A DNA stretch of 64,000 bases from an uncultured delta proteobacterium (GTDB lineage Bacteria; Desulfobacterota; Binatia; Binatales; Binataceae), in the NCBI GenBank assembly GCA_963711565.1, contig CAVQEQ010000004.1:224001-288000 (forward strand), given 5' to 3'. The notes beneath the pieces were generated by a model. That model was given only the letters and a program-made list of their open reading frames with translations, made no database searches and was not told the origin of the DNA. Of this stretch, positions 47,997 through 56,993 are shown piece after piece. A program made the position numbers and the translations under genes. Numbering within the stretch: the stretch's first letter is position 1; every line of letters starts with the position of its first letter.

Positions 47997-48479
47997 ATGA
48001 ATCCTAACGGCTTGGGCAGCTGGATCGGCGACTGGGTGTGGAGCCTGCCGTTGATCGTGCTAACCGTCGTCATCCACGTATGCGGCCTGGCGGTCATCGG
48101 CGAAAGAGTTGTCGTTGCTGTGGGCGAGTCCGTCGATCGCCGCCGCTTCATGCTCAAATTCGCCGTCGTGATGGGCGCGACCTCGTTGCTTGCCACCCTC
48201 CTGCATGCAATTGAGGGAGGCATTTGGGCGGCCGCGTACCGTTTCCTTGGCGCCCTGCCGGACAACAGGACGGCGATGCTCTATTCGATCAGTGCGATGA
48301 CGACCTATGGCCACGCGAACCTGTACCTGGAAAATCGCTGGCAATTGATGGGCGCGTTGGAGGCGCTGAACGGGGTGCTGCTCTTCGGCCTGACCACGGC
48401 GTTTCTGTTCTCGATGATCCAAACGATATGGCCGCTTCGCAGTAGAGAACTACACCGGGATAGGAGCACGATTCAATGA
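47997..48479 (+). CDS. Small ion-channel-like membrane protein (Ion_trans_2-like)
   Basis: HAIEGGIWAAAY, YSISAMTTYGH (degenerate TTxGxG), LMGALEALNGVLLFGLTTAFLF. Confidence 0.75.
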   Translation: MNPNGLGSWIGDWVWSLPLIVLTVVIHVCGLAVIGERVVVAVGESVDRRRFMLKFAVVMGATSLLATLLHAIEGGIWAAAYRFLGALPDNRTAMLYSISAMTTYGHANLYLENRWQLMGALEALNGVLLFGLTTAFLFSMIQTIWPLRSRELHRDRSTIQ

Positions 48480-49510
48480 GTAAGCCGATCGTCAACCTTT
48501 GTCGAATCGTGGCCGCGGCAGTATTGATGCTTTGCGTGCTGAGTCTAACCGCTCATGCGCAAGCCGCGGCTGACCCGTTGCCGTCATGGAACGAAGGACC
48601 CGCCAAAAATGCAATCATCAAATTGGTTACTGCCACTACTACAGCGGGCAGCGCAGACTTCGTCGCTCCTGGCGATCGATTTGCCACATTCGATCAGGAC
48701 GGCACCCTGTGGGTCGAGCAACCTGTCTATACGCAAGTCGTATTTTCGCTGGATCGAGTCGTCGCGCTGGCGCCGGATCATCCGGGATGGAAGACGGTTG
48801 AGCCGTTCAAGTCGGTGATCGCCGGCGATCGCGCGGCGATGGCGAAGTTCACTACCAGGGACCTCGAGAAAATCGTCTTCGCCACTCATACCGGGATGAC
48901 TACTGGCGATTACACGGCACTCGTAAAGGACTGGATCGCGAAAGCGCGCGACCCGCGCTGGCATCGACCGTTCACCGACCTGGTTTACCAACCGATGCTC
49001 GAACTGATGCGCTATCTGCGCGCCAATGGTTACAATACCTACATCGTCACCGGCGGCGGTCAGGACTTTGTCCGCGCCTACGCCGATCATACCTACGGAA
49101 TCCCGCCCGAACAAATCATAGGATCGGCGCTCGACACCGACTTCACTTACAATGATGCCGGCAAGGCGATACTCATGCGCCCGCCGAAGCTTCTGCTCAA
49201 CAACAACTTCTCTGGCAAGCCCGAAGACATCTACCTGTTTATAGGACGCCATCCCCAAGCGGCGTTCGGCAACTCAACGGGTGACCGCGAGATGCTCGAA
49301 TACACTCAGGCAGGCGGCAAAGGCGCACTCATGATGCTGGTGTTACACGACGATCCGGCGCGTGAGTACGCTTACGGCCCGGCTGAAGGATTGCCCGCGA
49401 GCAAGGTCGGCACCTTTACTCAAGCGCTCTACGACGAAGCTATGAGCAAAGGCTGGAACGTGATCAGTATGAAGAAGGACTGGAAGCGGATTTTCAGCTT
49501 CGAGAAGTAG
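48476..49510 (+). CDS. Secreted HAD-family phosphatase
   Basis: Signal peptide; DPLPSWNEG, FDQDGTLWVEQP, VYQPMLEL, IVTGGG, FGNSTGDREML, HDDPAREYAY. Confidence 0.88.
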   Translation: MSKPIVNLCRIVAAAVLMLCVLSLTAHAQAAADPLPSWNEGPAKNAIIKLVTATTTAGSADFVAPGDRFATFDQDGTLWVEQPVYTQVVFSLDRVVALAPDHPGWKTVEPFKSVIAGDRAAMAKFTTRDLEKIVFATHTGMTTGDYTALVKDWIAKARDPRWHRPFTDLVYQPMLELMRYLRANGYNTYIVTGGGQDFVRAYADHTYGIPPEQIIGSALDTDFTYNDAGKAILMRPPKLLLNNNFSGKPEDIYLFIGRHPQAAFGNSTGDREMLEYTQAGGKGALMMLVLHDDPAREYAYGPAEGLPASKVGTFTQALYDEAMSKGWNVISMKKDWKRIFSFEK

Positions 49511-49519
49511 GGTGCTGCT

Positions 49520-50908
49520 TCAAAGCAGCAGGCTCGAGGGGTTCTCAAGGAAGCGCTTCAGTTCTTGCAGGAATCTTCCCGCTACTACGCCATCGACTAT
49601 GCGATGGTCGAACGATCCCGTCATCATCATCGTCTTGCCGACGGCTAGCTGGCCATTGCGAACTACCGGGCGATCCTTGATAGCACTTACAGCCAGAATC
49701 GCGGCTTGCGGCGGAACGATCACGGCGGCGAAGTGCTCGATGCCCAGCATTCCCATGTTAGAGATTGAAAACGTCGCGCCCGACAGCTCATCCGACGTGA
49801 AACCGCCGCGGCTCGACTTCGCGACCAGTCGATGCGCCGTGCGTGAGATCTCCAGCAGCGACAACCGCTCGCATTCGCGAATCACCGGCAGGATCAACCC
49901 CTCCTCGACCGCGACTGCCACTCCTATGTTGACGTTGGGATGAATGACGATGCCTTCGTCCTCGTAGCTCGCGTTGATCCGCGGATAGCGGCCGAGGGCG
50001 AGCGCGCACGCCTTCACGATGACATCGTTGTAGGTGATCGCCTCTTCGAACATCTCGGTCGCTTCGAGCGAGTCCTTCAAGCGCACCGCATCTTCCATCG
50101 CCACTTCGACGGTGACATAGAAATGCGGAATCTCGCGCTTCGACTGGGCCATCCGCTTGGCAATCGTCTTGCGCATCGCCGACAGTTCTTCGCGCGAACC
50201 GGGCGCGCCCTCGCGCGGCGACACCAGCCGGCGGAACTTGAAGAGTTGCTGCTCGCGGATAAAGTTGTCGATGTCGCGCTTGGTCACTCGCCCTTCGGGT
50301 CCGCTGCCGCGCACGTGAGCGATATCGACTCCCGCCTCCTCGGCCGCGCGGCGCGCAAGCGGAGACGCGCGCAGCTTGTGCCCGTCGCCCGCTTCGGAGT
50401 CAGCCGCGGGGGCCGGCGGCTCAGGCTCCGGCGGCGCGGCGATCGCGGTCGGTGCGGCACTCGGATTCGCGGACATCGCCGGATGCACGTGTAAATCGCG
50501 GGCGGAGCCGTCGGTCACGACGGCGGCCGGCGCGATCGACTTCTTCGGCGCGGCTTTCGGTTTTATCGCGATCGGCTTTGGAGGCTGCTCGGTTGCTGCG
50601 GCTTCAGCGCCCGGATCTTCCATCGCCGCGGCCGAAACCGGCTTGGCCTCGCCCTTGGCTTCCTTCGCGCCCGCCGATTTCATCAGTGCGATTACGGCGC
50701 CGACCGGCGCGCTCTCGCCCTCGTTCAGTTTGATCTGGTCGAGCACGCCTTCTTCGAACGACTCGAGCACCATGTCGGCCTTGTCGGTCTCGACTTCGGC
50801 GATCGCTTCGCCGCGCGCGATCTTGTCGCCGGGATGCTTGAGCCAGCGGAGGATCTTGCCTTCCTCCATCGTGTCCGAGAGCTTGGGCATCGTTATTTCG
50901 TTGCTCAT
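49520..50908 (-). CDS. pdhC: Pyruvate dehydrogenase E2 (dihydrolipoamide acetyltransferase)
   Basis: MPKLSDTMEEG, VETDKA, ASPLARRAA, GSGPEGRV, FSISNMG, FDHRIVDG. Confidence 0.93.
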   Translation of the reverse strand: MSNEITMPKLSDTMEEGKILRWLKHPGDKIARGEAIAEVETDKADMVLESFEEGVLDQIKLNEGESAPVGAVIALMKSAGAKEAKGEAKPVSAAAMEDPGAEAAATEQPPKPIAIKPKAAPKKSIAPAAVVTDGSARDLHVHPAMSANPSAAPTAIAAPPEPEPPAPAADSEAGDGHKLRASPLARRAAEEAGVDIAHVRGSGPEGRVTKRDIDNFIREQQLFKFRRLVSPREGAPGSREELSAMRKTIAKRMAQSKREIPHFYVTVEVAMEDAVRLKDSLEATEMFEEAITYNDVIVKACALALGRYPRINASYEDEGIVIHPNVNIGVAVAVEEGLILPVIRECERLSLLEISRTAHRLVAKSSRGGFTSDELSGATFSISNMGMLGIEHFAAVIVPPQAAILAVSAIKDRPVVRNGQLAVGKTMMMTGSFDHRIVDGVVAGRFLQELKRFLENPSSLLL

Positions 50909-50928
50909 GATTTCCCGCCCGATGACAT

Positions 50929-51903
50929 TCAGGTCAACTCTTCCGCCGCTTTGACGATATCACCCGCGCTCGGCAGCGACGCGTGCTCGAGATGCTTGTT
51001 ATATGGCATCGGTGAATCGAGCGCGGCGACGCGGACGACGGGCGCGTCCAGCGAATCGAAGGCGGCCTCGTGAATCTGCGCGGCAATCTCGGCAACGGCG
51101 CCGCCCGTGCGCCATCCTTCGTAAGCGACGATCGCCCGTCCGGTCTTTTTCACCGACGCGATCACCGTCGCCATGTCGAGCGGGTTCAGCGTTCTGAGAT
51201 CAACTATCTCGGCGTCGATGCCCGAGTTCTCGAGCACTTCCGCCGCGGCGATCGCGTCGTACACGCACTTCGAGTAAGTGACTATAGTCACATCCTTACC
51301 TTCGCGGATTACATTCGCCTTGCCGAACGGCACCATGAACTCTGGATCCTCAGGCACTTCGCCCTTCACGCCGTACAGCGACTCGTGTTCGAGGAACATC
51401 ACTGGATCGACCTGTCGAATCGCGGTTTTCAGCAATCCCTTGGCATCGGCGGGTGTGGCCGGGATGACCACGCGCAGCCCGGGGCAGTGCAGAAAGTACG
51501 CTTCGAGGCTCTGGCTGTGCTGCGCGCCAAGCTGATGGCCTCCGCCCTGCGGCGCGCGGATAACCAAAGGCACATTAGCCTTGCCACCGAACATGAAGTG
51601 TATTTTGGCCGCGCTATTGACTATTTGGTCTATAGCCAGAAGCGCAAAGTTGATAGTCATCAATTCGACTATTGGCTTGAGCCCGCCCATCGCAGCGCCG
51701 ATGCCCGCGCCGACTATCGTCAGTTCCGAGATTGGAGTGTCGCGCACGCGCTTCTCGCCATACACCGCCAGCAGTCCGTCGGTGACCTTGAACGCGCCGC
51801 CGAAGTAGCCGACCTCCTCGCCCATGATGAAGACGCGCTCGTCGCGATCGAGTTCCTCGCGCAAGGCCTGGTTCAACGCTTCGCGGTAAGTGATCTGCGC
51901 CAC
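50929..51903 (-). CDS. pdhB: Pyruvate dehydrogenase E1 beta
   Basis: YREALNQAL, GEEVG, DTPISE, GAQHSQ, DAKGLLK, DLRTLNPLD. Confidence 0.93.
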   Translation of the reverse strand: MAQITYREALNQALREELDRDERVFIMGEEVGYFGGAFKVTDGLLAVYGEKRVRDTPISELTIVGAGIGAAMGGLKPIVELMTINFALLAIDQIVNSAAKIHFMFGGKANVPLVIRAPQGGGHQLGAQHSQSLEAYFLHCPGLRVVIPATPADAKGLLKTAIRQVDPVMFLEHESLYGVKGEVPEDPEFMVPFGKANVIREGKDVTIVTYSKCVYDAIAAAEVLENSGIDAEIVDLRTLNPLDMATVIASVKKTGRAIVAYEGWRTGGAVAEIAAQIHEAAFDSLDAPVVRVAALDSPMPYNKHLEHASLPSAGDIVKAAEELT

Positions 51904-52917
51904 TCACTTTTCCTCGGAAGCGTAAACGCCCTTGCCGAGTTCATCCATCGACGGCTCGGGGCTCTCGTCGGCGAACTTGATCGCATCATCGACAGTCGCG
52001 GCGACTTCACGCTCGATTTCGTCGAGCTTCGCGTCGGTCGCGCGCTTCTCGGCGATCAGGCGACGGTGCAGATTCTTAATCGGGTCGCGTTCCTGCCAGA
52101 TTCTTTCCTCGCGCTTGGACCGGTACTCCGCCGGATCGGACATCGAATGGCCGCGGAAGCGGTAGGTGACGGCCTCGATCAACGACGGCCCGTCTCCCGC
52201 GCGCGCGCGGGCGACCGCTTCCATCGTGGCGCCGTAAACGTCGAGCACGTCCATCCCGTCCACGCGCACGCCCGGCATCTTGTACGGCTCGGCGAAGCGG
52301 TAGAGTTCCTCCTGGCTGATCGCATTCTGGACGAGCGTGCCCATCCCGTAAAAGTTGTTCTCGCAAATGAAAACCAGCGGCAGCTTCCACAGCGACGCCA
52401 TGTTGAGCGTCTCGTGAAAGGCGCCCTGCGGCAGCGCGCCGTCGCCGAAGAAGCAGCAGACGACTTCCGGGCCTTCGTTGTAACTGACCGCGAGCGCGAG
52501 GCCGCATGCGATCGGCAAGCCGCCGCCGACGATCGCGTAGCCGCCCATGAAGCGCAAATCCTGGTCGAACAGATGCATCGAGCCGCCGCGCCCGTGCGAG
52601 ATGCCCGTCGCCTTGCCGAACAACTCGGCCATCACGACGCGCGGGTCGGCGCCCTTGGCGAGGCAATGGCCGTGCTCGCGATAGGTCGAGACGACGTAGT
52701 CCTTGTCGTACAGCGCATAGATAGCCCCGACCGCCACGGCCTCCTCGCCGGCATAGAGATGGCAGAAGCCAGTGATCTTGCCGCGGCTGTACATCTCGGC
52801 GGTCTTCTCTTCGAAGCGGCGGATGAGCGTCATGCGGCGATAGAGGTCGAGGAGCTGGCTCTCGTGGAGCGTCAGCAGCGCGTGCTGAGCGGTATGCTTG
52901 TCGCGTTCGAGCGCCAT
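51904..52917 (-). CDS. pdhA: Pyruvate dehydrogenase E1 alpha
   Basis: GFCHLYAGEEA, YREHGH, GRGGSMH, FGDGA, CENN, TYRFRGHSMSDP. Start at ATG 52917. Confidence 0.93.
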   Translation of the reverse strand: MALERDKHTAQHALLTLHESQLLDLYRRMTLIRRFEEKTAEMYSRGKITGFCHLYAGEEAVAVGAIYALYDKDYVVSTYREHGHCLAKGADPRVVMAELFGKATGISHGRGGSMHLFDQDLRFMGGYAIVGGGLPIACGLALAVSYNEGPEVVCCFFGDGALPQGAFHETLNMASLWKLPLVFICENNFYGMGTLVQNAISQEELYRFAEPYKMPGVRVDGMDVLDVYGATMEAVARARAGDGPSLIEAVTYRFRGHSMSDPAEYRSKREERIWQERDPIKNLHRRLIAEKRATDAKLDEIEREVAATVDDAIKFADESPEPSMDELGKGVYASEEK

Positions 52918-52985
52918 GAACTTAATTGTAGTGCAACCCGTCGTTTGTTTCACGCTGCGGAGGTTCCGCGCGATTCCGATGACTG

Positions 52986-53013
52986 TTGACTTGGCGCTCA
53001 ACGCGGGTAGTGT
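52986..53013 (+). promoter_or_regulatory. Sigma70-like promoter for the riboswitch leader
   Basis: TTGACT-N16-TAGTGT; the predicted +1 falls just before the riboswitch closing helix. Confidence 0.55.
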
Positions 53014-53020
53014 TCATTCA

Positions 53021-53116
53021 GATTCGCCTGGGGAAGCCGGTGAGAGGCCGGCGCTGCCCCGCAACTGTGAGATGAGCGTCATGCGACGCTCATCGAGTCA
53101 GGCGACCTGGCGAATC
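53021..53116 (+). ncRNA. Cobalamin riboswitch (compact)
   Basis: GGGAA-GCCGG-TGAGAGG-CCGGC-GCTGCCCCGCAACTGT core, hairpin GATGAGCGTC/GACGCTCATC, B12-box GAGTCAGG..ACCTG, closing GATTCGCC/GGCGAATC. Confidence 0.85.
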
Positions 53117-53175
53117 GACGGAGCCGTAAGAACCTTCGCGGGAGAGGGAGGCTTCAGGAGTCTTTTCAGTGACTG

Positions 53176-54039
53176 GTGCCGGAGGTTCCCTGCCGCACAG
53201 TCGCCCATCGCTCCTGGCCATTCCATCTTCAGCTCGCGAAGCCTCGGCCGGGCGACTTGGAAAACGAAGACAAATCGCATCCTTTGTATGAGTCGACAGC
53301 GCCGCCTTCGCGGCGTCATCTCGCGTCGTTCGCGGCTTCGATCGCCGCTCATGCCGCTATCGTCGGGCTGATCCTGTGCTTCGCCGCGCCGCGCGCGCGA
53401 GTGCATAGCGAGTGGGTGCTGGCCTATCTGGTCGAAGGCACGGATGGTGTCTCCGGACGCGGCGGCGCGAGCGCCACCGCGCCCGGAGCGGCCGCGATGC
53501 GCGCGGCAGGCGCGCCGCCCGCGGCGATGCCGCTCGCCGCGGCGCACAAGCCACGTCTCGCGCCGGTGCATGCAGTCGCGCAAGCGCGACCGCCCGCACC
53601 GGCGCACAACGCCCCAGCCGCGTCGCATAGCGACGCGGCTGGCTCCGATGCCCGAGCCGCCGTTTCCGGAAACGGCGGCTCGGGCGCCGGAACAGGAGCA
53701 GGCCCGAGCGCCGCCCCCGGCGGCGACGGCGCTGGCGACTCTGACTCGACCGCGCACGCCGACTACGGCAGCGATCCTCCTCCCGTCTATCCTGCTGTTG
53801 CACGCCGACGGGAGGAGCAGGGCACCGTCACAGTGCGGGTGCTGATCGGCGCCGACGGGTCCGTCGAGCGCGCCGAAATCGCGGATTCGTCCGGCTTCGA
53901 CTCGCTCGATGACGCAGCATTGGAGGCCGTCCGTTCGCGATGGCGTTTCGTGCCGGCTCGCCACGGCGGCCTCGCCGTTGAGAGCTGGGTTTTGGTGCCG
54001 ATACGATTTGCCCTGGTCGAGGCCGACGCCGTTCGCTGA
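53176..54039 (+). CDS. TonB-family energy transducer; start uncertain (GTG 53176 or TTG 53257)
   Basis: TM with SxxxH (SIAAHAAIV); Ala/Pro/Gly spacer; YPAVARRREEQGTV, SSGFDSLDDAALEAV, WRFVPA, VPIRF. Confidence 0.88.
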   Translation: MPEVPCRTVAHRSWPFHLQLAKPRPGDLENEDKSHPLYESTAPPSRRHLASFAASIAAHAAIVGLILCFAAPRARVHSEWVLAYLVEGTDGVSGRGGASATAPGAAAMRAAGAPPAAMPLAAAHKPRLAPVHAVAQARPPAPAHNAPAASHSDAAGSDARAAVSGNGGSGAGTGAGPSAAPGGDGAGDSDSTAHADYGSDPPPVYPAVARRREEQGTVTVRVLIGADGSVERAEIADSSGFDSLDDAALEAVRSRWRFVPARHGGLAVESWVLVPIRFALVEADAVR

Positions 54040-54107
54040 ACTTCGCGCCCCGTGGTGATTATCGCGACAAGCCGTGATATAAGCCCAATCCGAGGAGGGT
54101 AGGAAAG

Positions 54108-54617
54108 ATGGCTGCGAAAGCATGTACTACTCTGGCGGCGGCGGGGTTGATTGTAGCGGTGGCGATTCTTGCTCCCATCCGCGCTCGCGCGATCGAAGTC
54201 AAAAAGGACCTCTACAACAACAGCGGTCCGGGCGGTCCGAGTGCTTCAGGTCCGGCGAAAGAGAATCCCATTCCCAAGGCGCAGGCCCAGGAGCTGAGCG
54301 ACACGATTGCGAACGAATCCGACACCTATGTCAGCGACGAGAGCGAGAAGAAGTCGTCGGGCCAGGTGTACGTCGATCTCGAGCACGCCAAGTTCCTCTA
54401 CTTGCCAACGATGAAGGCTGGCCACTGGACCGTGCTCGCGAAGCTGCAGGCGGCCGAGTACAAGCCGTCCAAGAGCGGCGAGGGCCGCGGCAAGCCGACC
54501 GGCAGGCAGAGGATTTTGGTGTTCACCTACCGCCTCGACGGCAGCAAGTGGACCGAGGTCGAGCAGCCGAAATGGGAAGACGTTGACGCCACTGGCGCAG
54601 CCGCCGCCGCGAAATAG
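54108..54617 (+). CDS. Hypothetical exported protein
   Basis: GAGGAGG RBS, signal peptide, genome-like codon usage. Confidence 0.65.
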   Translation: MAAKACTTLAAAGLIVAVAILAPIRARAIEVKKDLYNNSGPGGPSASGPAKENPIPKAQAQELSDTIANESDTYVSDESEKKSSGQVYVDLEHAKFLYLPTMKAGHWTVLAKLQAAEYKPSKSGEGRGKPTGRQRILVFTYRLDGSKWTEVEQPKWEDVDATGAAAAAK

Positions 54618-54660
54618 TCTTTTCAGTGACGCGGAGTAGCTTCTCCGCTGACAAACAAAA

Positions 54661-55092
54661 GTGAAAAGCAGAATACAGGACGATCTCAAGGCCGCGATGA
54701 AGAGCGGCGACAAGTTGCGCATGATGGCGTTGCGCAGTGTGCTGTCGGAGATCTCGCGCCTTGAGAAAGATGTTCGCCGCGACCCCAACGACGCCGAGAT
54801 TCTGCAAATCATCAAGCGCGAGCGGGCCAAGCGCGAAGAGTCGCTGGAATTCGCGCGCAAGGCCGCGCGCCAGGACTTGATCGATCAGAACGAGACCGAG
54901 GCGAGGATCCTCGAGTCATATCTGCCCGCTACAGCTTCGGCCGACGAAGTGCGCGCCGAAATCGCGGCCGCGATTGCGGCCGGCGCGTCGCAGATGGGCC
55001 CTCTGATGAAGGCGCTGCGCGACAAGTTCGGCGCGGGACTCGACGGCAAGACCGCCAGCGAACTCGCCAAGGAAGCGCTCGCGAAGAAGTAG
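54661..55092 (+). CDS. GatB/YqeY domain protein
   Basis: DLKAAMKSGDK, REESLEF, ILESYLP, MGPLMK, DGKTAS. Confidence 0.88.
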   Translation: MKSRIQDDLKAAMKSGDKLRMMALRSVLSEISRLEKDVRRDPNDAEILQIIKRERAKREESLEFARKAARQDLIDQNETEARILESYLPATASADEVRAEIAAAIAAGASQMGPLMKALRDKFGAGLDGKTASELAKEALAKK

Positions 55093-55101
55093 CTCGCGTC
55101 T

Positions 55102-55659
55102 CTATCGCAATCTCTTAAACAGTCCGGGATAGGTGACGACCAGCGCGTGACTGTCCACTTCGATATCGCGCGTGAAGTCGCTGTCGAGCGATTCGTAGCG
55201 GTAACGCTTGCGCGGCTCGAGGCACGTGTAGCGTTGCGGGTCGGTCGCGAGGGTGAGTGCAGGCGCGAGAATATAGACGGGGACAATCTCGGCGGATTGG
55301 CCGGTTCTCAGCTTGAGCCTGCGAATCGGCAGCGTGTTCGTGAACGGCGTCGCCGACAGATCAATATCGATCGCGCCGGCCAGCTTCGGCATGGGCTTGC
55401 CCATCGCGTCGGTCCAGTTGCCCTTGCCGTCGCCGGCGATTTCAATCTTGCGACTCTCACCGACCATCGCGAGCTCGGCGCTTCTCACACGCCACGACTT
55501 GTCGCATCGAATACGATACCGAATCGCAAAGAAGGAGTCGTTCGCCGATCCGACGACCACCGACTCGGCGACAATCTCGCGCGGGCCTTCGCGGAGAACG
55601 AGATGCTCGATTCCTCGCGCGTCCCAATCCTGCCATCGCGCCACGACTTGCTTGCTCAT
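55102..55659 (-). CDS. Putative glycolipid-binding domain protein (DUF1089/PA1994-like)
   Basis: YRIRCDKSWR, DIDLSATPFTNTLPIRRL, QRYTCL, LVVTYPGLF. Confidence 0.85.
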   Translation of the reverse strand: MSKQVVARWQDWDARGIEHLVLREGPREIVAESVVVGSANDSFFAIRYRIRCDKSWRVRSAELAMVGESRKIEIAGDGKGNWTDAMGKPMPKLAGAIDIDLSATPFTNTLPIRRLKLRTGQSAEIVPVYILAPALTLATDPQRYTCLEPRKRYRYESLDSDFTRDIEVDSHALVVTYPGLFKRLR

Positions 55660-55837
55660 GCATCAGCGTATCGCACAGTTTTCCGGCGCGACGCTATCCG
55701 CGAGATTGCGGTTGACGCCCAAACCCCTTTCCCGCTAGCAGTTGGGCGTAATTCCAGGTCCAAGTCCCGAGGTACAAACCACATGGCGATCGCAACCGGC
55801 GCGGGATTGCTGTAGGCGTCGCACGCGCGAGGTTCCC

Positions 55838-56992
55838 ATGGCTGAAAAAATCGAACCGTTCCGCGTCGCGGTACCCGACGAAGTGCTCGCCGACTTGCGC
55901 GCGCGGCTCAGCATCACGCGCTTTCCCGACGAGGTTCCCGATACCGGCTGGGAGTACGGCACCAATCTCGCCTACTTGAAGGATTTGGTCGAGTACTGGC
56001 GGACGAAGTACGACTGGCGCGCGCATGAACGGGAGATCAATCGCTTCGCGCATTTCAAGGCCAGCGTTGACGGACTCGGAATTCATTTCATCCACGAAAA
56101 AGGCAAGGGGCCGAATCCCAAACCGTTGCTACTGATTCACGGATGGCCGGGTTCGATCTGCGAGTTTATGCAAATCATCCCGATGCTCACCGATCCTGCC
56201 GCGCACGGCGGCGATGCGAAGGATTCGTTCACCGTGGTCGCGCCGTCGCTGCCGGGCTATGGATTTTCGGATCATCCGCGCGCTCGCGCGATGAATATCC
56301 AGGCGATGGCGGATCTGTTTCACAAGCTGATGACCGAGACGCTCGGCTACAAGCGCTACGCGGTGCAGGGCGGCGACTGGGGCGCGGCGATCACGTCGCG
56401 AATCGGCGAAGTGCACGCCGACAGCGTCTTCGGGATTCACATCAATATGATCGCGATCGGTCCGGCCGAAGGACGCAGCGCCCCCGAGCTGACTCCCGAA
56501 GAGAAAGTGTTCCTCGGCGACCTGGAAAAATTCCGCACCGCCGAGACCGGCTACCAATGGATACAAGGCACCAAGCCGCAGACGCTCGCGTACGGCCTCA
56601 ACGATTCGCCCGCCGGACTACTGGCGTGGATCGTCGAGAAGTTCCGCACCTGGAGCGACTGTCATGGCGACGTTGAGAAGAGTTTCACGCGCGATCAGAT
56701 TCTGACCAACGTGATGATCTACTGGATCACGCAGACGATTAATTCGTCAACTCGGCTGTACTACGAGGCGCGGCATCAACCGTGGCGCCTCAAGCCCGGC
56801 ACGCGAATCGAGGCGCCGACCGCCGTCGCATTGTTCCCGGCCGAGTTGGTGCGTCCGCCGCGGCACTGGGCCGAGCGCGTATATAATGTCCGGCGCTGGA
56901 CTGTGATGCCGAAGGGCGGCCATTTCGCCGCGATGGAAGAACCGGAGCTGCTGGCGAAAGATGTTCGAGAATTCTACAGAGAGTTGAATTGA
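55838..56992 (+). CDS. Epoxide hydrolase (microsomal-type, EHN domain)
   Basis: YWRTKYDWR, LIHGWPGS, PSLPGYGFS, QGGDWG, DSPAGL, GGHFAAMEEP. Confidence 0.92.
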   Translation: MAEKIEPFRVAVPDEVLADLRARLSITRFPDEVPDTGWEYGTNLAYLKDLVEYWRTKYDWRAHEREINRFAHFKASVDGLGIHFIHEKGKGPNPKPLLLIHGWPGSICEFMQIIPMLTDPAAHGGDAKDSFTVVAPSLPGYGFSDHPRARAMNIQAMADLFHKLMTETLGYKRYAVQGGDWGAAITSRIGEVHADSVFGIHINMIAIGPAEGRSAPELTPEEKVFLGDLEKFRTAETGYQWIQGTKPQTLAYGLNDSPAGLLAWIVEKFRTWSDCHGDVEKSFTRDQILTNVMIYWITQTINSSTRLYYEARHQPWRLKPGTRIEAPTAVALFPAELVRPPRHWAERVYNVRRWTVMPKGGHFAAMEEPELLAKDVREFYRELN

Positions 56993-56993
56993 A

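Noticed and set aside
51070-52989. 639-aa + strand ORF and other long antisense ORFs (e.g. 44731-46332, 57417-58604, 60800-61957)
   Set aside because: Shadows of pdhA/B, lpdA, ABC-F and the TPR gene; expected in high-GC DNA and motif-free.
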